From the NCBI RefSeq assembly GCF_026571515.1, contig NW_026864039.1, positions 186,001-250,000 of the forward strand: a stretch of DNA of 64,000 nucleotides, written 5' to 3'. Each line of letters begins with the position of its first letter. Within the stretch, counting starts at the first letter, position 1. Of this stretch, positions 1 through 14,609 are shown one piece after another. This DNA comes from Ruditapes philippinarum. Its lineage: Eukaryota. The translations under genes were made by a program, and so were the position numbers. A model generated the notes under the pieces. It was not told the origin of the DNA. It saw nothing but the letters and a program-made list of their open reading frames with translations, and did not search any database.

Positions 1-823
1 AACAACAAGAGATTCATTGTAAAAATAAAATAAGACACCATTGTCCTTTTTTCAACAAAAGAAAATGACAAAAGGAATGACCCCTAAAATGGAGAAAAAC
101 TGAATCCATGTATATGTATCTTAAACAGGAGTTATTGTCATGTAATGTATTGTTTTGAAATTCAATTATTCTGTTTTTAATTTGACACTGCAGCCATTTA
201 TGTGTTACAAGAGTTTAATGTGATTGCCATATTTCATGCTGGTTTAATACAAGAGATGTCATCATGCAAGCATGCAATAAATGTCTTGTACAAACAAAGT
301 AATAATATTGTTAATTTGCCACTCATAGAAATAAATCAACAGTAGATAAACAGGAGCATTGTTATTGCATTGAAAATCACACATTTCTTAAACTTCTTGT
401 GACTTTAATAGAGGATATCAGGATAGAAAAGTTTAGAGTCAGCTAGATTTTCAGTTATAATCAAATTGTGATCATTTTAAATCTATAAGTAGGCATGAAA
501 AAATCATGATATAAAGTTTGTATGTCCAGCTTGAAGTGTCTCACAACTAGCAGGCAATATAATGTGAGAGATTTGTTCACTTGTCTCCACAAGTATGTGT
601 TCATCCATATCAATCACTATAATGATGATACAGGACCTAGAATGTATGAGAAACTGTCAACAAAAACTCATTCTCATGCCAATAATTGCCTCTAAAGTTA
701 GTCAGTTTGTGATTGGAAACAGGGAAACAATTGTAGATAATGTTCGTTATATAGGTGATATATGAAAACAATATTCTTAAAGATTAATAGATATAGGTTT
801 CCATGGAAAGCTTTTTGCATTCC

Positions 824-975
824 TTTTTTATGCCCCCCCCACCCTCCACTCATTTCCCCTTGACTACTTAGGTGGGTAGAGGGCATACAGATTAGCCCTT
901 GTCAGTCCCTTTGTCATGCAGACTGACCAAACAATAGAATGTAGGGTCATCCATGTGCTTTGATCAAATTTTTAG
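824..975 (+). mobile_element. Degraded minimal HINE/Helentron-type non-autonomous element
   Basis: T-run then TATGCCC (829-835) with inverted GGGCATA (881-887), a GTCAGTCC remnant of the GTCC microsatellite, and a 3' GGGTCATCCATGTG..TTTAG end. Same layout as the better preserved element at 56932. Confidence 0.4.
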
Positions 976-3330
976 GTGGCGGTTTTTGTCATTGTTTTCA
1001 TCAGATTTTGAATGCCAAGGGGAATAAAGTGTTGTTTGCTTTGTCAAGTTTTACCACAGCTTGCAATGTATAAGTTAATGAATAGTTGAAATATTTTGAA
1101 TTTATTTCTTAAAATTTTCTCTTCAAATTGAGCATTATGTATCAATGGCATTAATGAGTAGAAAAATGTCAGTTTTCTGTAAACAGAATTGTTCAGTTAC
1201 TACAGGCAGTCAATATTGTTGTATCGGGAGTGAATCACAATATTCTAGTATCAATATTGACAATGGGATATTGCTATTTGTTTGATACAATACTATAACA
1301 ATTTACACTCACAAATATGGCAATTTCTTTGATGAAACCTTTGATAACAGTAATATATTTGTTCATTATTCTTACACTGATGAAAACCTGACAGAATTGA
1401 TATTAGTTCATCTGTACATTGGGAATTTTAATCACATTTATAGTCAGTGTTTGGTACAATTGATATATTCATTTGATATTCTTCATTAATTTTGTGCCTT
1501 TTACTGAATAATTAAGGTTCTATAGTTCTATGCATCAGATGTACTTCCTGACTTCTGTTTAGTTATCTTTTTCCTATGAATAATGATTTTAAAGCTCTGT
1601 GTCCACACTGTTGAGATCAGCAGTCAGTGTGTTTAATTGACTTGGTATAATAATGTTGTCACTGGTGATATTAACTTGATCAAATCTATTGAAGTTTAGT
1701 GCAGCTGCATTTTTATGGTCCTCTGTGTGTGTTTATTCTGTTTATTTACTTTCACTTTGTCATTCATAAGGATTTAGTACTCTAAACTATTTCACATGTC
1801 AGGATTTTGTATTATAAAGTATTTCACATGGACTTCGACTATTTCACAAAATATAAGAAGAAAGACCAACAAGGAAGGGTTGGGCAGCATTCAATGAACC
1901 CAACAAAACCCAGCAATACAGGGCCACTGACATCGAGGCCAACAGGGCAACAAACAAAAACAAAATCAGGAAAGATCACAATGGCAAAGACTAATGGGTC
2001 ATTATTTTAAACAATTCAAGCCATCAGAGAGAGGAATTAAGGGGCCAAGAATTTAAGATGGATGCCTCATGACCTAGAGACCTGTACTTTGTATACTTAT
2101 TGGGGTTACAGTCATTTTATCTTAAGATTTTAAACTAAATATATTAATGCTATGATGCATGTATTGTTATGTCTGATGATCATGATTTAACATGTTTTAG
2201 CCTTTGGTTGTGAAGAGGCAAATATACAAGTAAACTTTGCATGTCTGATCTATTTAAGTTATCTAGCTGACAATCATTTTGCTGTGTCTACATTTTTCAG
2301 TGCAATATCTTCCATTGATAAGTTAATTGTTTCCATCAAGCAATGATCATGTAAGGCAAGTTCTAGCTAACTTGTAAAACAAAATTTAATTAGTCTGATA
2401 TGTTTTGTGCGGCCTTTCAAAAGAAACTGTTTTAAATGAGAAATCTTGCTCACTAAGCAAGTTGCAATGTAGGCCATTTAAGCTTGCATTTATTTTCTTT
2501 GAATAGTTTGATATTTTAAAATTTGCTTAATTATTCCTGTTAGGAAGGGTTTATTTAATTAGTTCATAAAAGGTTACTTAAACATCCAACCTACTTCAAG
2601 AATTTTCTATTTGTTAGCAGGTATAGAAAAGAAATTAAGCACATAATTTATATTGTTTTAATTTAAGTAAAGTGAGAAATGTTACGAATTCACTGTATTC
2701 AGCAAAATTAAGTAATAATTAGGACAAAAAGACATGTGAGTTACTACTGTTTAAGGTACAGTTTCAAAGTTATTGTTGACTTATGGTAGCTTCAGCATAA
2801 TTGTCTTCTTTTAAATACTGTACACTGATGTATATAATGTCTTTTTTCTGTGAATTGGAAGTGTTTTAGGACAAAATATGACAAAAACAATACCAACAAA
2901 AACAATAATGAAATGAATAATTTTATTAAGATTTTATGAACTTCAAGAAAATAATATTGTTGCTGTTAGTTCTATAGTGCCTTTTGTTCTTGAACTTAAA
3001 ATGATATCCAGTGATTGTAACCTCAAAACATCAAACACATCAGTCTGTAATAAATACTTCAGTCTAACCTGATACTTGTACAATTGTCAATCAGACAATG
3101 ATAACTTCATGAAAACTATAACTATCAACAATATCACATGTCAGACCTATACCAGACATGCCTTCACTACAATGATACTGATAGCTTTGTAGGAGCTTTT
3201 TATGAGCAAATAGTTAAATGGAACAAACTAAAGTAGTGACAGAAATCAATTAGACATGGCATTTTTTGCTGCCATGTAAGTGTGTACAACTGGCCCAGGC
3301 TCTATATTAGGAAGTTTATTGTACTGATGT

Positions 3331-5920
3331 TGTACCATAGTCACTGAATCTTTTGTTTCCATAAGAATGTGTACAATGGTTATTGGAGCTTTGTGTACTA
3401 CACCCATTGAATCTTTGTTTCCATGAGAATGTGTACTACAGCCATTGAATCTTTGTTTCCATGAGAATGTGTACTACAGCCATTGAATCTTTGTTTCCAT
3501 GAGAATGTGTACTACAGCCATTGAATCTTTGTTTCCATGAGAATGTGTACTACAGCCATTGAATCTTTGTTTCCATGAGAATGTGTACTACAGCCATTGA
3601 ATCTTTGTTTCCATGAGAATGTGTACTACAGCCATTGAATCTTTGTTTCCATGAGAATGTGTACTTCAGCCATTGAATCTTTGTTTCCAGAAGAATGTGT
3701 ACTACAGCCATTGGATCTTTGTTTCCAGAAGAATGTGTACAGCAGCCATTGAATCTTTGGTTCCATGAGAATGTGTACTACAGCCATTTAATCTTTGTTT
3801 CCATGAGAATGTGTACTTCAGCCATTGAATCTTCGGTTCCATGAGAATGTGTACTACAGCCATTGAATCTTTGTTTAAATGAAAATGTGTACTACAGCCA
3901 TTGTATCTTTGTTTCAGTGAGAATGTTTACTAAAGCAATTGAATCTTTTTTTCCATGAAAATGTGTACTACAACCATTGAATCTTTGTTTCCATGAGAAA
4001 TTGTGTACTAAAGTAATTGAATCTTTGTTTCCATGAGAATGTGTACTACAGCCATTGAATCTTTGTTTCCATGAGAATGTTTACTAAAGTAATTGAATCT
4101 TTGTTTCCATGAGAATGTGTACTACAGGCATTGAATCTTTGTTTCCATGAGAATGTTTACTAAAGTAATTGAATCTTTGTTTCAATGAGAATGTGTACTA
4201 CAGCTATTGAATCTTTGTTTCCATGAGAATGTGTACTACAGCCATTGAATCTTTGTTTCCATGAGAATGTTTACTGAAGTAATTGAATCTTTGTTTCAAT
4301 GAGAATGTGTACTACAGCCATTGAATCTTTGTTTCCATGAGAATGTTTACTACAACTATTGAATCTTTGTTTCCATGAGAAATTGTGTACTAAAGTAATT
4401 GAATCTTTGTTTCCATGAGAATGTGTACTACAGCCATTGAATCTTTGTTTCCATGAGAATGTTTACTACAACTATTGAATCTTTGTTTCCATGAGAATGT
4501 GTACTACAACCATTGAATCTTTGTTTCAATGAGAAATTGTGTACTAAAGCAATTGAATTTTTGTTTCAATGAGAATGTGTACTACAACCATTGAATCATT
4601 GTTTCAATGAGAATGTGTACTTCAGCCATTGAATCTTTGTTTCAGTGAGAATGTGTACTACAACCATTGAATCTTTGTTTCAATGAGAAATTGTGTACTA
4701 AAGCAATTGAATCTTTGTTTCCATGAGAATGTTTACTACAACTATTGAATCTTTGTTTCCATGAGAATGTGTACTACAACCATTGAATCTTTGTTTCAAT
4801 GAGAAATTGTGTACTAAAGCAATTGAATCTTTGTTTCAATGAGAATGTGTACTACAGCCATTGAATCTTTGTTTCAATGAGAATGTGTACTTCAGCCATT
4901 TAATCTTTGTTTCAGTGAGAATGTGTACTACAACCATTGAATCTTTGTTTCCATGAGAATGTTTACTACAACTATTGAATCTTTATTTCCATGAGAATGT
5001 GTACTACAACTATTGAATCTTTGTTTCCATGAGAATGTGTACTACAACCATTGAATCTTTAATTCAATGAGAAATTGTGTACTAAAGCAATTGAATCTTT
5101 GTTTCAATGAGGATGTGTACTTCAGCCATTGAATCTTTGTTTCAGTGAGAATGTGTACTACAACCATTGAATCTTTGTTTCCAAGAGAATGTTTACTACA
5201 ACTTTTGAATCTTTGTTTCCATGAGAATGTGTACTACAACCATTGAATCTTTGTTTCAATGAGAAATTGTGTACTAAAGCAATTGAATCTTTGTTTCAAT
5301 GAGAATGTGTACTACAACTATTGAATCTTTGTTTCCATGAGAATGTGTACTACAACCATTGAATCTTTAATTCAATGAGAAATTGTGTACTACAGCCATT
5401 GAATCTTTGTTTCAATGAGAATGTGTACTTCAGCCATTGAATCTTTGTTTCAGTGAGAATGTGTACTACAACCATTGAATCTTTGTTTCCATGAGAATGT
5501 TTACTACAACTATTGAATCTTTGTTTTCCATGAGAATGTGTACTACAACTATTGAATCTTTGTTTCCATGAGAATGTGTACTACAACCATTGAATCTTTG
5601 TTTCAATGAGAAATTGTGTACTAAAGCAATTGAATCTTTGTTTCAATGAGAATGTGTACTACAACTATTGAATCTTTGTTTCAATGAGAATGTGTACTAC
5701 AGCCATTGAATCTTTGTTTCAATGAGAATGTGTACTACAGCCATTGAATCTTTGTTTCCATGAGAATGTTTACTACAGCAATTGAATCTTTGTTTCAATG
5801 AGAATGTGTACTACAACCATTGAATCTTTAATTCAATGAGAATGTGTACTACAGCTATTGTGTACTACAGCCATTGTATCTTTGTTTCAATGAGAATGTG
5901 TACTAAAGCAATTGAATCTC
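3331..5920. repeat. 38-bp minisatellite array (~68 copies)
   Basis: Head-to-tail GAGAATGTGTACTACAGCCATTGAATCTTTGTTTCCAT, period 38 (3421 to 3459), with 40-bp variants (GAGAAATTGTGTACTAAAGCAATTG), degenerate edges and no spacers. Confidence 0.97.
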
Positions 5921-7516
5921 TACTGCTTCTACTTAATATTTGTCTCCATTAGAATGCCATTTGTGTAAATTCATATGGTAAGTCATCCAATTAAGTATAT
6001 ATTTCATATATATTTTGTGTGCATTTTCATAACAGTAAAGAGATCCTGATTGTATAAATTCTTATAAAGTAAGCATTATGCCTTTGGGCTTATTTGGGTT
6101 ATTGTATTATCTCCCTTTGTTCATTGTAGTTGACAATTGTATACTGATATTGCCAATAAATAACAGCCACAAACAGCTACATGTAAAGTAAAGACACTTT
6201 CCACACAAAATAAATGGGTTACATTCTATTGTTTGTAGATAGTCCAGATAGTCTTGTTTCTCCAATGTTTCACTTTCTCTCATTGATTGAATGATAATAG
6301 ACTTAATAGAATTCATCTCCTTTTTTGTTGGTTTTTCTCACACAGCTACAGTGTCAATAATATCATTTTCTCTTGCAAAACTTGTCATTAAACTGTTGTC
6401 ATTGGTGACGAAAAAAAGATTCTTTAATCAGCTCTCTTTGTTTCTGGTTTTTACCACCATAATCTTATAACAGATATCATGTTTTATATCATGAAAGGTT
6501 TGTTAATTGAACAAATGCTTTAAAAAATGGTAATTATTCACAGAAAATGGTAATTATTCTGAAATGTGGCATTTTAAATTTTCAAGCTGATTTTATAAAA
6601 TTAAAGTTGGTTTTATCCCTGGTTGATTTTTATGGTTTTGACATAAAGCAATGGCAAGAATATTCTCTAAGGTAGATTAAACTGGCTTCTTGCTTCTGTT
6701 TGGTATTGTTCAACCATTTTTGTTGCCATAATGTTGCAGTAAACAAAAACAAAAATCATTGAATTTTGTTATCCAGGAGTGTCTCACATATTTTCATGAA
6801 TTTAGCTAATTGAAAGAAAACTGTTAACACAATCTTGGTATATCATTAAGGATTTGTATTCTATGATGCCCATTTGATAATGAGACAGGAAGTATCCAAT
6901 GCAGTTTGTTACAATTACATGAACTTCATGTAATACACTACATGCCCCAGTGAGTTTTATTAGATATATGATTGGACATTGAATTTTTTATTCATATAGT
7001 CTAGCTGACAGTTTGTCAATGGTTGTACCTACTACTTGGGTGCCTGTCTTCAAAGCTATAATCATATTACATAAAACTGTTAAGACCATAATTATATGGA
7101 CTTTCAAACTAAGGAATATCTTACATGCCCATCCGTACAGGATGGAAGATCTTTCCTCAGCTTGAAAGTCCATTATATGGTCTTAACAGTTTTATGTATG
7201 ATTTACAACCCAACAACAAAATTTGTAACCAACTTTTCTTGTTTTGATTAAATGGTTTCAGTATCAAATAAAAACTATAACTTTTAACAACATGGAGTGT
7301 GGGTACTACTTGAACTGTACTGGCTGGCTTGGCTAGGCTGGTAACATCTACACCATCATTGTAAAGGTTCAATGATATGTTATTTGGTAGGGAATTCATT
7401 TGAGCAATCAATTTTGTGAATGCTCAATGTTGTAATATCTAGGTAGCTCACTATTTTGACAAATTACAAAACCATCTTTTCTTTTGACAGAAGATTTATT
7501 TAGATCTCTTTTTTAA

Positions 7517-8133
7517 CCCTTTACCACATATATACGCGAAACAACGCACTTTCGATCCCCCCCCTTTTTTGGGCCTCAAATAGTGAAAAAATGTCCTATT
7601 TGGGCCCCAAACATAAGTTTTCGTTTGAGAAATGTTGCTAAAAAAATTGAGCACTTTTTCGGCGCTGCCCCCCATCCAAAAGATACATCAGGGGGTTGCC
7701 AGAAGGGGGATGTGCCCCCTTCTGTTAGGGGGGTTTGAAGGGGGGCGGAGTCCCCCTCATCGCCAAGAAAATTTTGGACTTGTGAGAGGCTAAAAATAAC
7801 CCCAGGTCGATCATAATGTAACGTTTAACCAACACTGAAAAGCCTTTGACTCTATCTCAGCACTTGCAGCACTTTGAAATAAATTTTGATGGAAAAAACC
7901 AAGGCAAAATAGTGATTTTTGACAATTTTGAGATGTCACCTCGTTGCCATGGTAACAGGAAATTTGAGACTGAGCATGTCGTTACAAAGGCAATGGTCCA
8001 GTCAACATTTGTGCCAAGTTTGATTCAGTGAGTATTGAAGCATTTTTCATAGTTTCATAGCAGTTTGAACTTGTAACAGGAGGCTTTTCAGTGAAAACGG
8101 CCATTTTTCACAATATGCTCATGGGGTAAAGGG
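7517..8133. mobile_element. piggyBac-type MITE (617 bp)
   Basis: TTAA at 7513-7516 and 8134-8137. TIRs CCCTTTACCACAT / ATGGGGTAAAGGG match 12/13. Interior is GC- and CpG-richer than the flanks and has no transposase ORF. Confidence 0.85.
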
Positions 8134-9098
8134 TTAACTGCAGTTACATAAATGTTTGTCAGTTACATGAACTATTACATACTGTAATGAATTGGATTGC
8201 ATGACTGTTAGCAATAAATACAAATATACTTTACACAAATGGTAAAATAAAGAGACCAGTTAACATTATAGACAAAAATGGTCAATTATCAATTTTCTTT
8301 TCTCAGAACAAAATATGTCCCTGGAGATTAGATTGATGGGTAAAATCTGGAAAATAATAGCTAAGCTTGAAATATGACATTTGAAATGATTTATACACAG
8401 GGCAGTATAGGTAAAATTATAAGTACCATTATATAAGTAATTAAGTATATATTTATGTTGCAATTATGAGGCATTGAACATGTACTTTTATTGTAGGCCA
8501 ATTTCATCTTTCAATTTCATCTCCAATATAAGGTCAACTGTAAGTCAAATAAATTGCGGGGGAAATTAAATCTAAGCCTGCAGGTCGCAGCTGTATCTAT
8601 CCATGTGACCGATGCAGACCTACATTAACCTGTGTTATGATATTTAAAAACTTTTCCTTAAAAAAGAAGACTGATATTGTCCATCCAAAATTCATTTAAA
8701 ATAATTATTAGCATTGTAATAGTTAAGAGTCTCAAACTTCATTTTATTTTAATGTGATTTTCACTGCTTTAACTTAAGTTTTTTAGAGAGACCTGTCTTA
8801 ATAAATCATTGTCTGATAAAGATAACGCTTCAGTAGTGATTCAGTACAATATTTTCATTTGACAGTAACTTTTAAGATATAAATAAAATTTGATATATGT
8901 CTTTTAGAATGCCATTGATCTTTGATAATTTGTTTTTTCTTCCTGATTGGTTTCCGGCTGTTCTTGTTGATTTTATCATTTTATGGAATTATTAAAGACT
9001 GTCATTGCAATAGTTAGTTGTCATTGTGCTGTCTGTTAATATTCGCAATAGATAAATGGATTGCTGCTGGGAGCTGGTTGCTAAAGGCTGGTAAACCA

Positions 9099-10210
9099 CA
9101 AGACATTGATATGATGGAAAGACATTGATATGATGGAAAGACATTGATGTCAATTATGGCAAGACATTGGTATGATGGCAAGACATTGATATGATGGCTA
9201 GACATTGATATAATGGAAAGACATTGATATGATGGCAAGACATTGATATGATGGCAAGACATTGATGTCAATTATGGCAAGACATTGATATGATGGCAAG
9301 ACATTGATATGATGGCTAGACATTGATATGATGGCAAGACATTGATATCATGGAAAGACATTGATATGATGGCAAGACAGTTATATCAATTATGGCAAGA
9401 CATTGATATGATGGCAAGACATTGATATAATGGAAAGACATTGATATAGATTATGGCAAGACATTGATACGATGGCAAGACATTGATATGATGGCAAGAC
9501 ATTGATGTGATGGCAAGACATTGATATGATGGCAAGGCATTGATATAGATTATGGCAAGACATTGATATGATGGCAAGACATTGATATAATGGCAAAACA
9601 TTGATATAATGGCAAGACATTGATATAATGGCAAGACATTGATATGATGGCAAGACATTGATATGATGGCTAGACATTGATATGATGGCAAGACATTGAT
9701 ATCATGGAAAGACATTGATATGATGGCAAGACAGTTATATCAATTATGGCAAGACATTGATATGATGGCAAGACATTGATATAATGGAAAGACATTGATA
9801 TAGATTATGGCAAGACATTGATACGATGGCAAGACATTGATATGATGGCAAGACATTGATGTGATGGCAAGACATTGATATGATGGCAAGGCATTGATAT
9901 AGATTATGGCAAGACATTGAATATGATGGCAAGACATTGATATAATGGCAAAACATTGATATAATGGCAAGACATTGATATAATGGCAAGACATTGATAT
10001 GATGGTAAGACATTGATATGATGACAAAACATTGATATGATGGCAAGACATTGATATGATGGTAAGACATTGATATGATGACAAGACATTGATATAATGG
10101 CAAGACATTGATATGATGGCAATACATTGATATAATGGCAAAACATTGATATAATGTCAAGACATTGATATGATGGCAAGACATTGATATGATGGCAAGA
10201 CATTTATATG
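9099..10210. repeat. 19-bp minisatellite array (~57 copies) with an internal 354-bp higher-order duplication
   Basis: Unit AAGACATTGATATGATGGC with 23-bp variants. The marker GGCAAGACAGTTATATCAATTATGG occurs at 9371 and 9725. Confidence 0.97.
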
Positions 10211-13200
10211 AAGACTTTTACAAACTCATTAACATGATTATTTGAAAAAAATAATTTGAGTAATAAAATAGGGACATATTCCTTTGATATCAGAATAACT
10301 TCTTAACTGAATCAGTTGGAAGCATATTTTACATTCTCATCATTCTACACATATAATTTATCTCTTCTTACGTGACTTGGTTTCAAATTTGAAAGGATAA
10401 TAAATAACCAAACTGTCATACTTCAGGGTGTGATTAACATTGTTTTTGACATCTCTGAATTTAGTTTCATTTAATAATTATATATTTTTGTACATAAAAC
10501 TTTGACATCATCTTATATCTTAAAAGTATGGTACATGCCAATACAAGAACAAAAATTATCCCAGTTCAGATTGATAACAAATCTAACAATGAAATTACAT
10601 GTCTTAAAGAAGATGGATTTATGTACCATTAAAAACATGGTTAGATAGAGAAATTGTAATCTGAGATAGCATGACTGACTTTCCTACTTAAAATAAAATA
10701 TCTGACGGAAAAAAAGACATAAATATAGATTTAAAACAGATTTTAGGTTACCATATCTGCAGTCTGGGAAAACTACTCTGGCACAATACAGGAGAAAGAG
10801 TCATGTTTTAAATTAAATATCTCTGGTGTTAAAAAGTTTAGAATGAACAGAAAAGACAGTTCTGAATTTTATCTTTGAAGTTCTTGGATATTTTAGAATG
10901 GATTATACCATTCTCAGGTTATACTTGAAATATTGCAAGAAGTGATATGAAATTATCAATAAGTGTCTCCTCATGTATGGACATAATTATTACATTTAAT
11001 TAGTGCAAATATGGACAAATGATTCTTCTGATAAAAGACAAGCATAATATGGAAAACATTATATGAAATTTGTGATGGGATCAGAATTATAAGAATATCT
11101 TTAATAAGATTTTATGGATTTTCATCCTACTTTGTTTGACTTTCATTTATAAGGAATGAATGGTAACTAAATGGTTGGTGTCATATGCTGATATCTTTGT
11201 AGTGAAGAAAATATAATTTCTGTCAGAGATTAAGTTAATGTCTTATAATACTTGGTTTAAGTTGTTGTTAATAAAACAACAATCTTCTCATTTTTTTCTG
11301 TTTTTATATCAATTGTTTGTTATTGAGAAATGTGGTAGTGAATGTTGTTTTGTTTAAGAAATGATTGATTTCCTGTTATTGTGTTTACATAGTAAAGGAT
11401 GGATGGTGATAATAATGTTTTGGAGATATTTGAAAGACATTTGCTAAGTCAGTGAGTATATTGCCTCCCTGAAGCCCTCCTCACACAAATTACAGCAATA
11501 TACCATCTATAATAAGCTGTAACAAATAGTATTTCCTCTCTTTTTTAAAATGTTTGTATATTGTATAATGAGAAAGATTTAAAGCAACTCTTGGCCACAT
11601 AAGCTCTATAACGCAAGGAGTGTAGAAGCCTTGTGGACTTATGGTGTTCCCAAATCAATCCAGGGACTGGGTATATTTTGGTCACAATTAGATTTTCTCA
11701 ATGTTTAAACTATTTTAAGCTCTACATCTTACCTTACATTGCTTGTAATACTAGTTGTATGGTTTCAATTTTGACTTGAATATAATGCTGCGGTGACGAC
11801 AAATTTTATTTGCAGTGACTACTCTTTAAATTGATACAACCTTGGTTTACTACATCAAGGAATATATTCTTTGACACAGTCAGGTCTTGTGTTGATTTGC
11901 TTGTAAGCTGGTGGTTGCCAGTTCAAATCATAAGGAGTGGCATTATTTTGGATATATTGTATCTTAATGTTAAGAGTAAGAAAATTTAGTACAGCAGCAG
12001 CGTATTTTTTAACAAATAAAAATTCTGGCTTAAATGCATTCTTACAATTAAAACAGTTTGTATCATAATATTGTTAATTCCTTTATATCTCTGTGGGTCA
12101 TATTTATTGTCATCAATTCTGTTATTTTTGAAATGGCTTTGTTTAGATGAAAACGATAATGATATTATTGTTTCTTAGCTATTAGAAGTCATGAAGATCT
12201 TAAAATTGTAAGAAAAGGCAAGAGTGACTTGCAAGTTTCTTTGAACAAACATTACATCATCTCATGTTGAAATATTGCGAATATGATTTCAAAAATTTAT
12301 AAGAAACACGTAAGAAGCCTATCCCTTAGAGTATTGACTTTAAGAGCAGGTGCTCTGGTAATTGAAGAAATGTATCATGTGACAGGGAGATTGACTGAAA
12401 TTCTGTTAGTGAATATTATTGTATTGTCATAGCTTTCATCATTAGCTACAACCTCAGCTCTTCTTAACTCTGAATCTTTGATGTCTTTTTTTTTGTAGTA
12501 TTAAGTGTTTGCGATTTATGACTAAATGTCTACAGTTTTCTCAGGAAGTCTGGAAAGTAGGAAGATTTTGTGACAGTTTAGCTATAAGCTTTAGGCTAGA
12601 TAAGTAGATAATAGTAATATTGTTAGGTACGTTTGGGAATAGTTGACAGTTTCTGTGTAAATAGTTTCTCGTAGCTCCAGTTTTTCATTTTTACTGGCAA
12701 GGTTTAGACAGTATTTCATTCTTTTATAGTAATAATAATTCATACAAGTCTGGTATGGGAACTATCTATTTAACTTATTGTTTCTTTTATTTGAACAACA
12801 ATTGAATTGACTTGCCAATTTGTTTGAATTGCAGATTTAAACATGATTGGTTAAGTAATAGATTTTCACAGCTCATGGCAACATTATTATGGATTTTAGA
12901 TTTTTACTGAGTTACGTCACCATAAAGTAAGGTTTAATTGTTGGCAGTACGGAAATGAAACACTGAATCTCATGTGACATTTGCACTTCTGTGTAACAGT
13001 CATAGGAAATGTTTGTGATTTATAAAAGTGTTTGTGTATGAGGACTTTGAAATACAAAAGTTGGTGATATGCGTGCAATGGACTTAATAGCTTATAGTAT
13101 AGAGGTAGTACAGAGGTAAGAAATTTTATAATATTGATTTAACTTTAAAATCATTAAATAATCTCATTCAGTTTCAAAATTTCATTGATTTTATTTAATG

Positions 13201-14029
13201 TACCAATTTATAAAAACAAAATCTTTTGTATGGTTATTTTTGAACAATAATCAATTCACTGAGGACGACATTTCCATGAAATTTTATTCCCTTTGCAATT
13301 AGGTAATTGCAAATTATTTATACTAATCAAATGCACATAGCTTTAAGAGGTTGGGTGTGTTACAGTAATTTGAATATTTCTATTTTCCTATGAATTGTTT
13401 CCGATGGTGCATATAGTTGCAAGTTTGACCTTCCTCCTTGCCTCCCTTGTTTCTCATAGCACCTTTACTCATTTCACTATTTTGGTGTATTGTTATTTTC
13501 TATATATCTTTATATTCAGGTGGTGAGGGGGGGGGGGAGATGTTCAAGTCAATTTTGTCAGTCACAAATTTTTTAACTGTGTTGGGAAAAATCTGTTTCT
13601 TGTAATTTATTTATGATCAGGAAAGTCTACCGGGGAAAAAAACACCACTAAAATAGAGAAAAAACGGAATCCCTTAAGAACACACATTAAAGCAAATTTT
13701 AAAATGCTGCAGGCTCATTTTGATTGATTCTGTTTACCCTATAAAGAAGTTTGATTTATCTATTGCATTGATGATGTTATTCCCCAATCTACAAGTTACA
13801 TACCTGCTTGTTGTTCATAATTTTATGAGCTGTAGGCTTTGGTATATGTTAATAATTTATGTGAAATACAAATATTTCAGAGTTTGTTTCATTGATTTCA
13901 GTTTAGCATTCCTAGACTTGTAAAATGTATCCATATTAGTTTCAATGTTAAGGTATCAACTTCTTGTCTGACAATTAAAATGTTAAGTTTCTTAATATTC
14001 GTTATATTGTATTAAATTACTGCACTACT

Positions 14030-14240
14030 AGTAACATGTGCCCATGACTTAGTAACTCGTGCACACAACTAAGTAACTTGTGCGCATAACTTTAAAGTAT
14101 CTTATGTGCACCACTTGGTAATCTCTTGCGCACCACTTAATTCTCTTGTGCGCACAACTCAGTAACTCGTGTGCACAACATAGTATCTCATGCATATGAA
14201 ATAAATAAAAACACACACATGTCACCTCTGTGCCACCGTA
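14030..14240. mobile_element. One end of a TIR element (IS3EU-like terminus) with ~21-bp subterminal tandem repeats
   Basis: About 7 copies of AGTAACTCGTGCGCACAACTT-like units, ending ..GTCACCTCTGTGCCACCGTA (reverse complement TACGGTGGC). This matches the TAYGGTGGC terminus of the element at 42267. The other end was not found. Confidence 0.55.
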
Positions 14241-14609
14241 ATAGGTTGTAACAATGTTAAGAATTTAGCAACTGACTGATGTATGAACTTACATATTAAC
14301 AACCAAAATACAGGAATTTAAATTTTCTAGACTAATGCATGTTTGATTTTGGCTTATGAATGAGGATAAAAGAATCAAATACCCCACAAACTTATTTAAA
14401 TCTGTAATACTAAATATGAACCCAGAAATATATGGTTTAACATTTTCTTTACAGGGGAAATATATTTATAAAATTTAAAACTGTAAAATTATGTTGGTTC
14501 TATAATCTTAATATGGTCTATTTTCGAAATAGTTGTAACTCCAATACTGGCATTTTGAAATTATTCTTTTTCAAAATTTCAAATAAAAAGTTTGTAAATC
14601 TATACATTT

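Noticed and set aside
1807-2010. 67-aa ORF in a slightly GC-richer patch
   Set aside because: Non-ATG start, no recognisable motif and no convincing splice-site pair.
3331-5920. CRISPR array (38-bp repeats; also the 29- and 32-bp arrays)
   Set aside because: Units are contiguous with no unique spacers, there are no cas genes, and the context is eukaryotic.
9014-10203. Cys/His-rich ORFs in several minus-strand frames
   Set aside because: Artefact of a stop-poor 19-bp repeat; the same peptide words appear in all frames.
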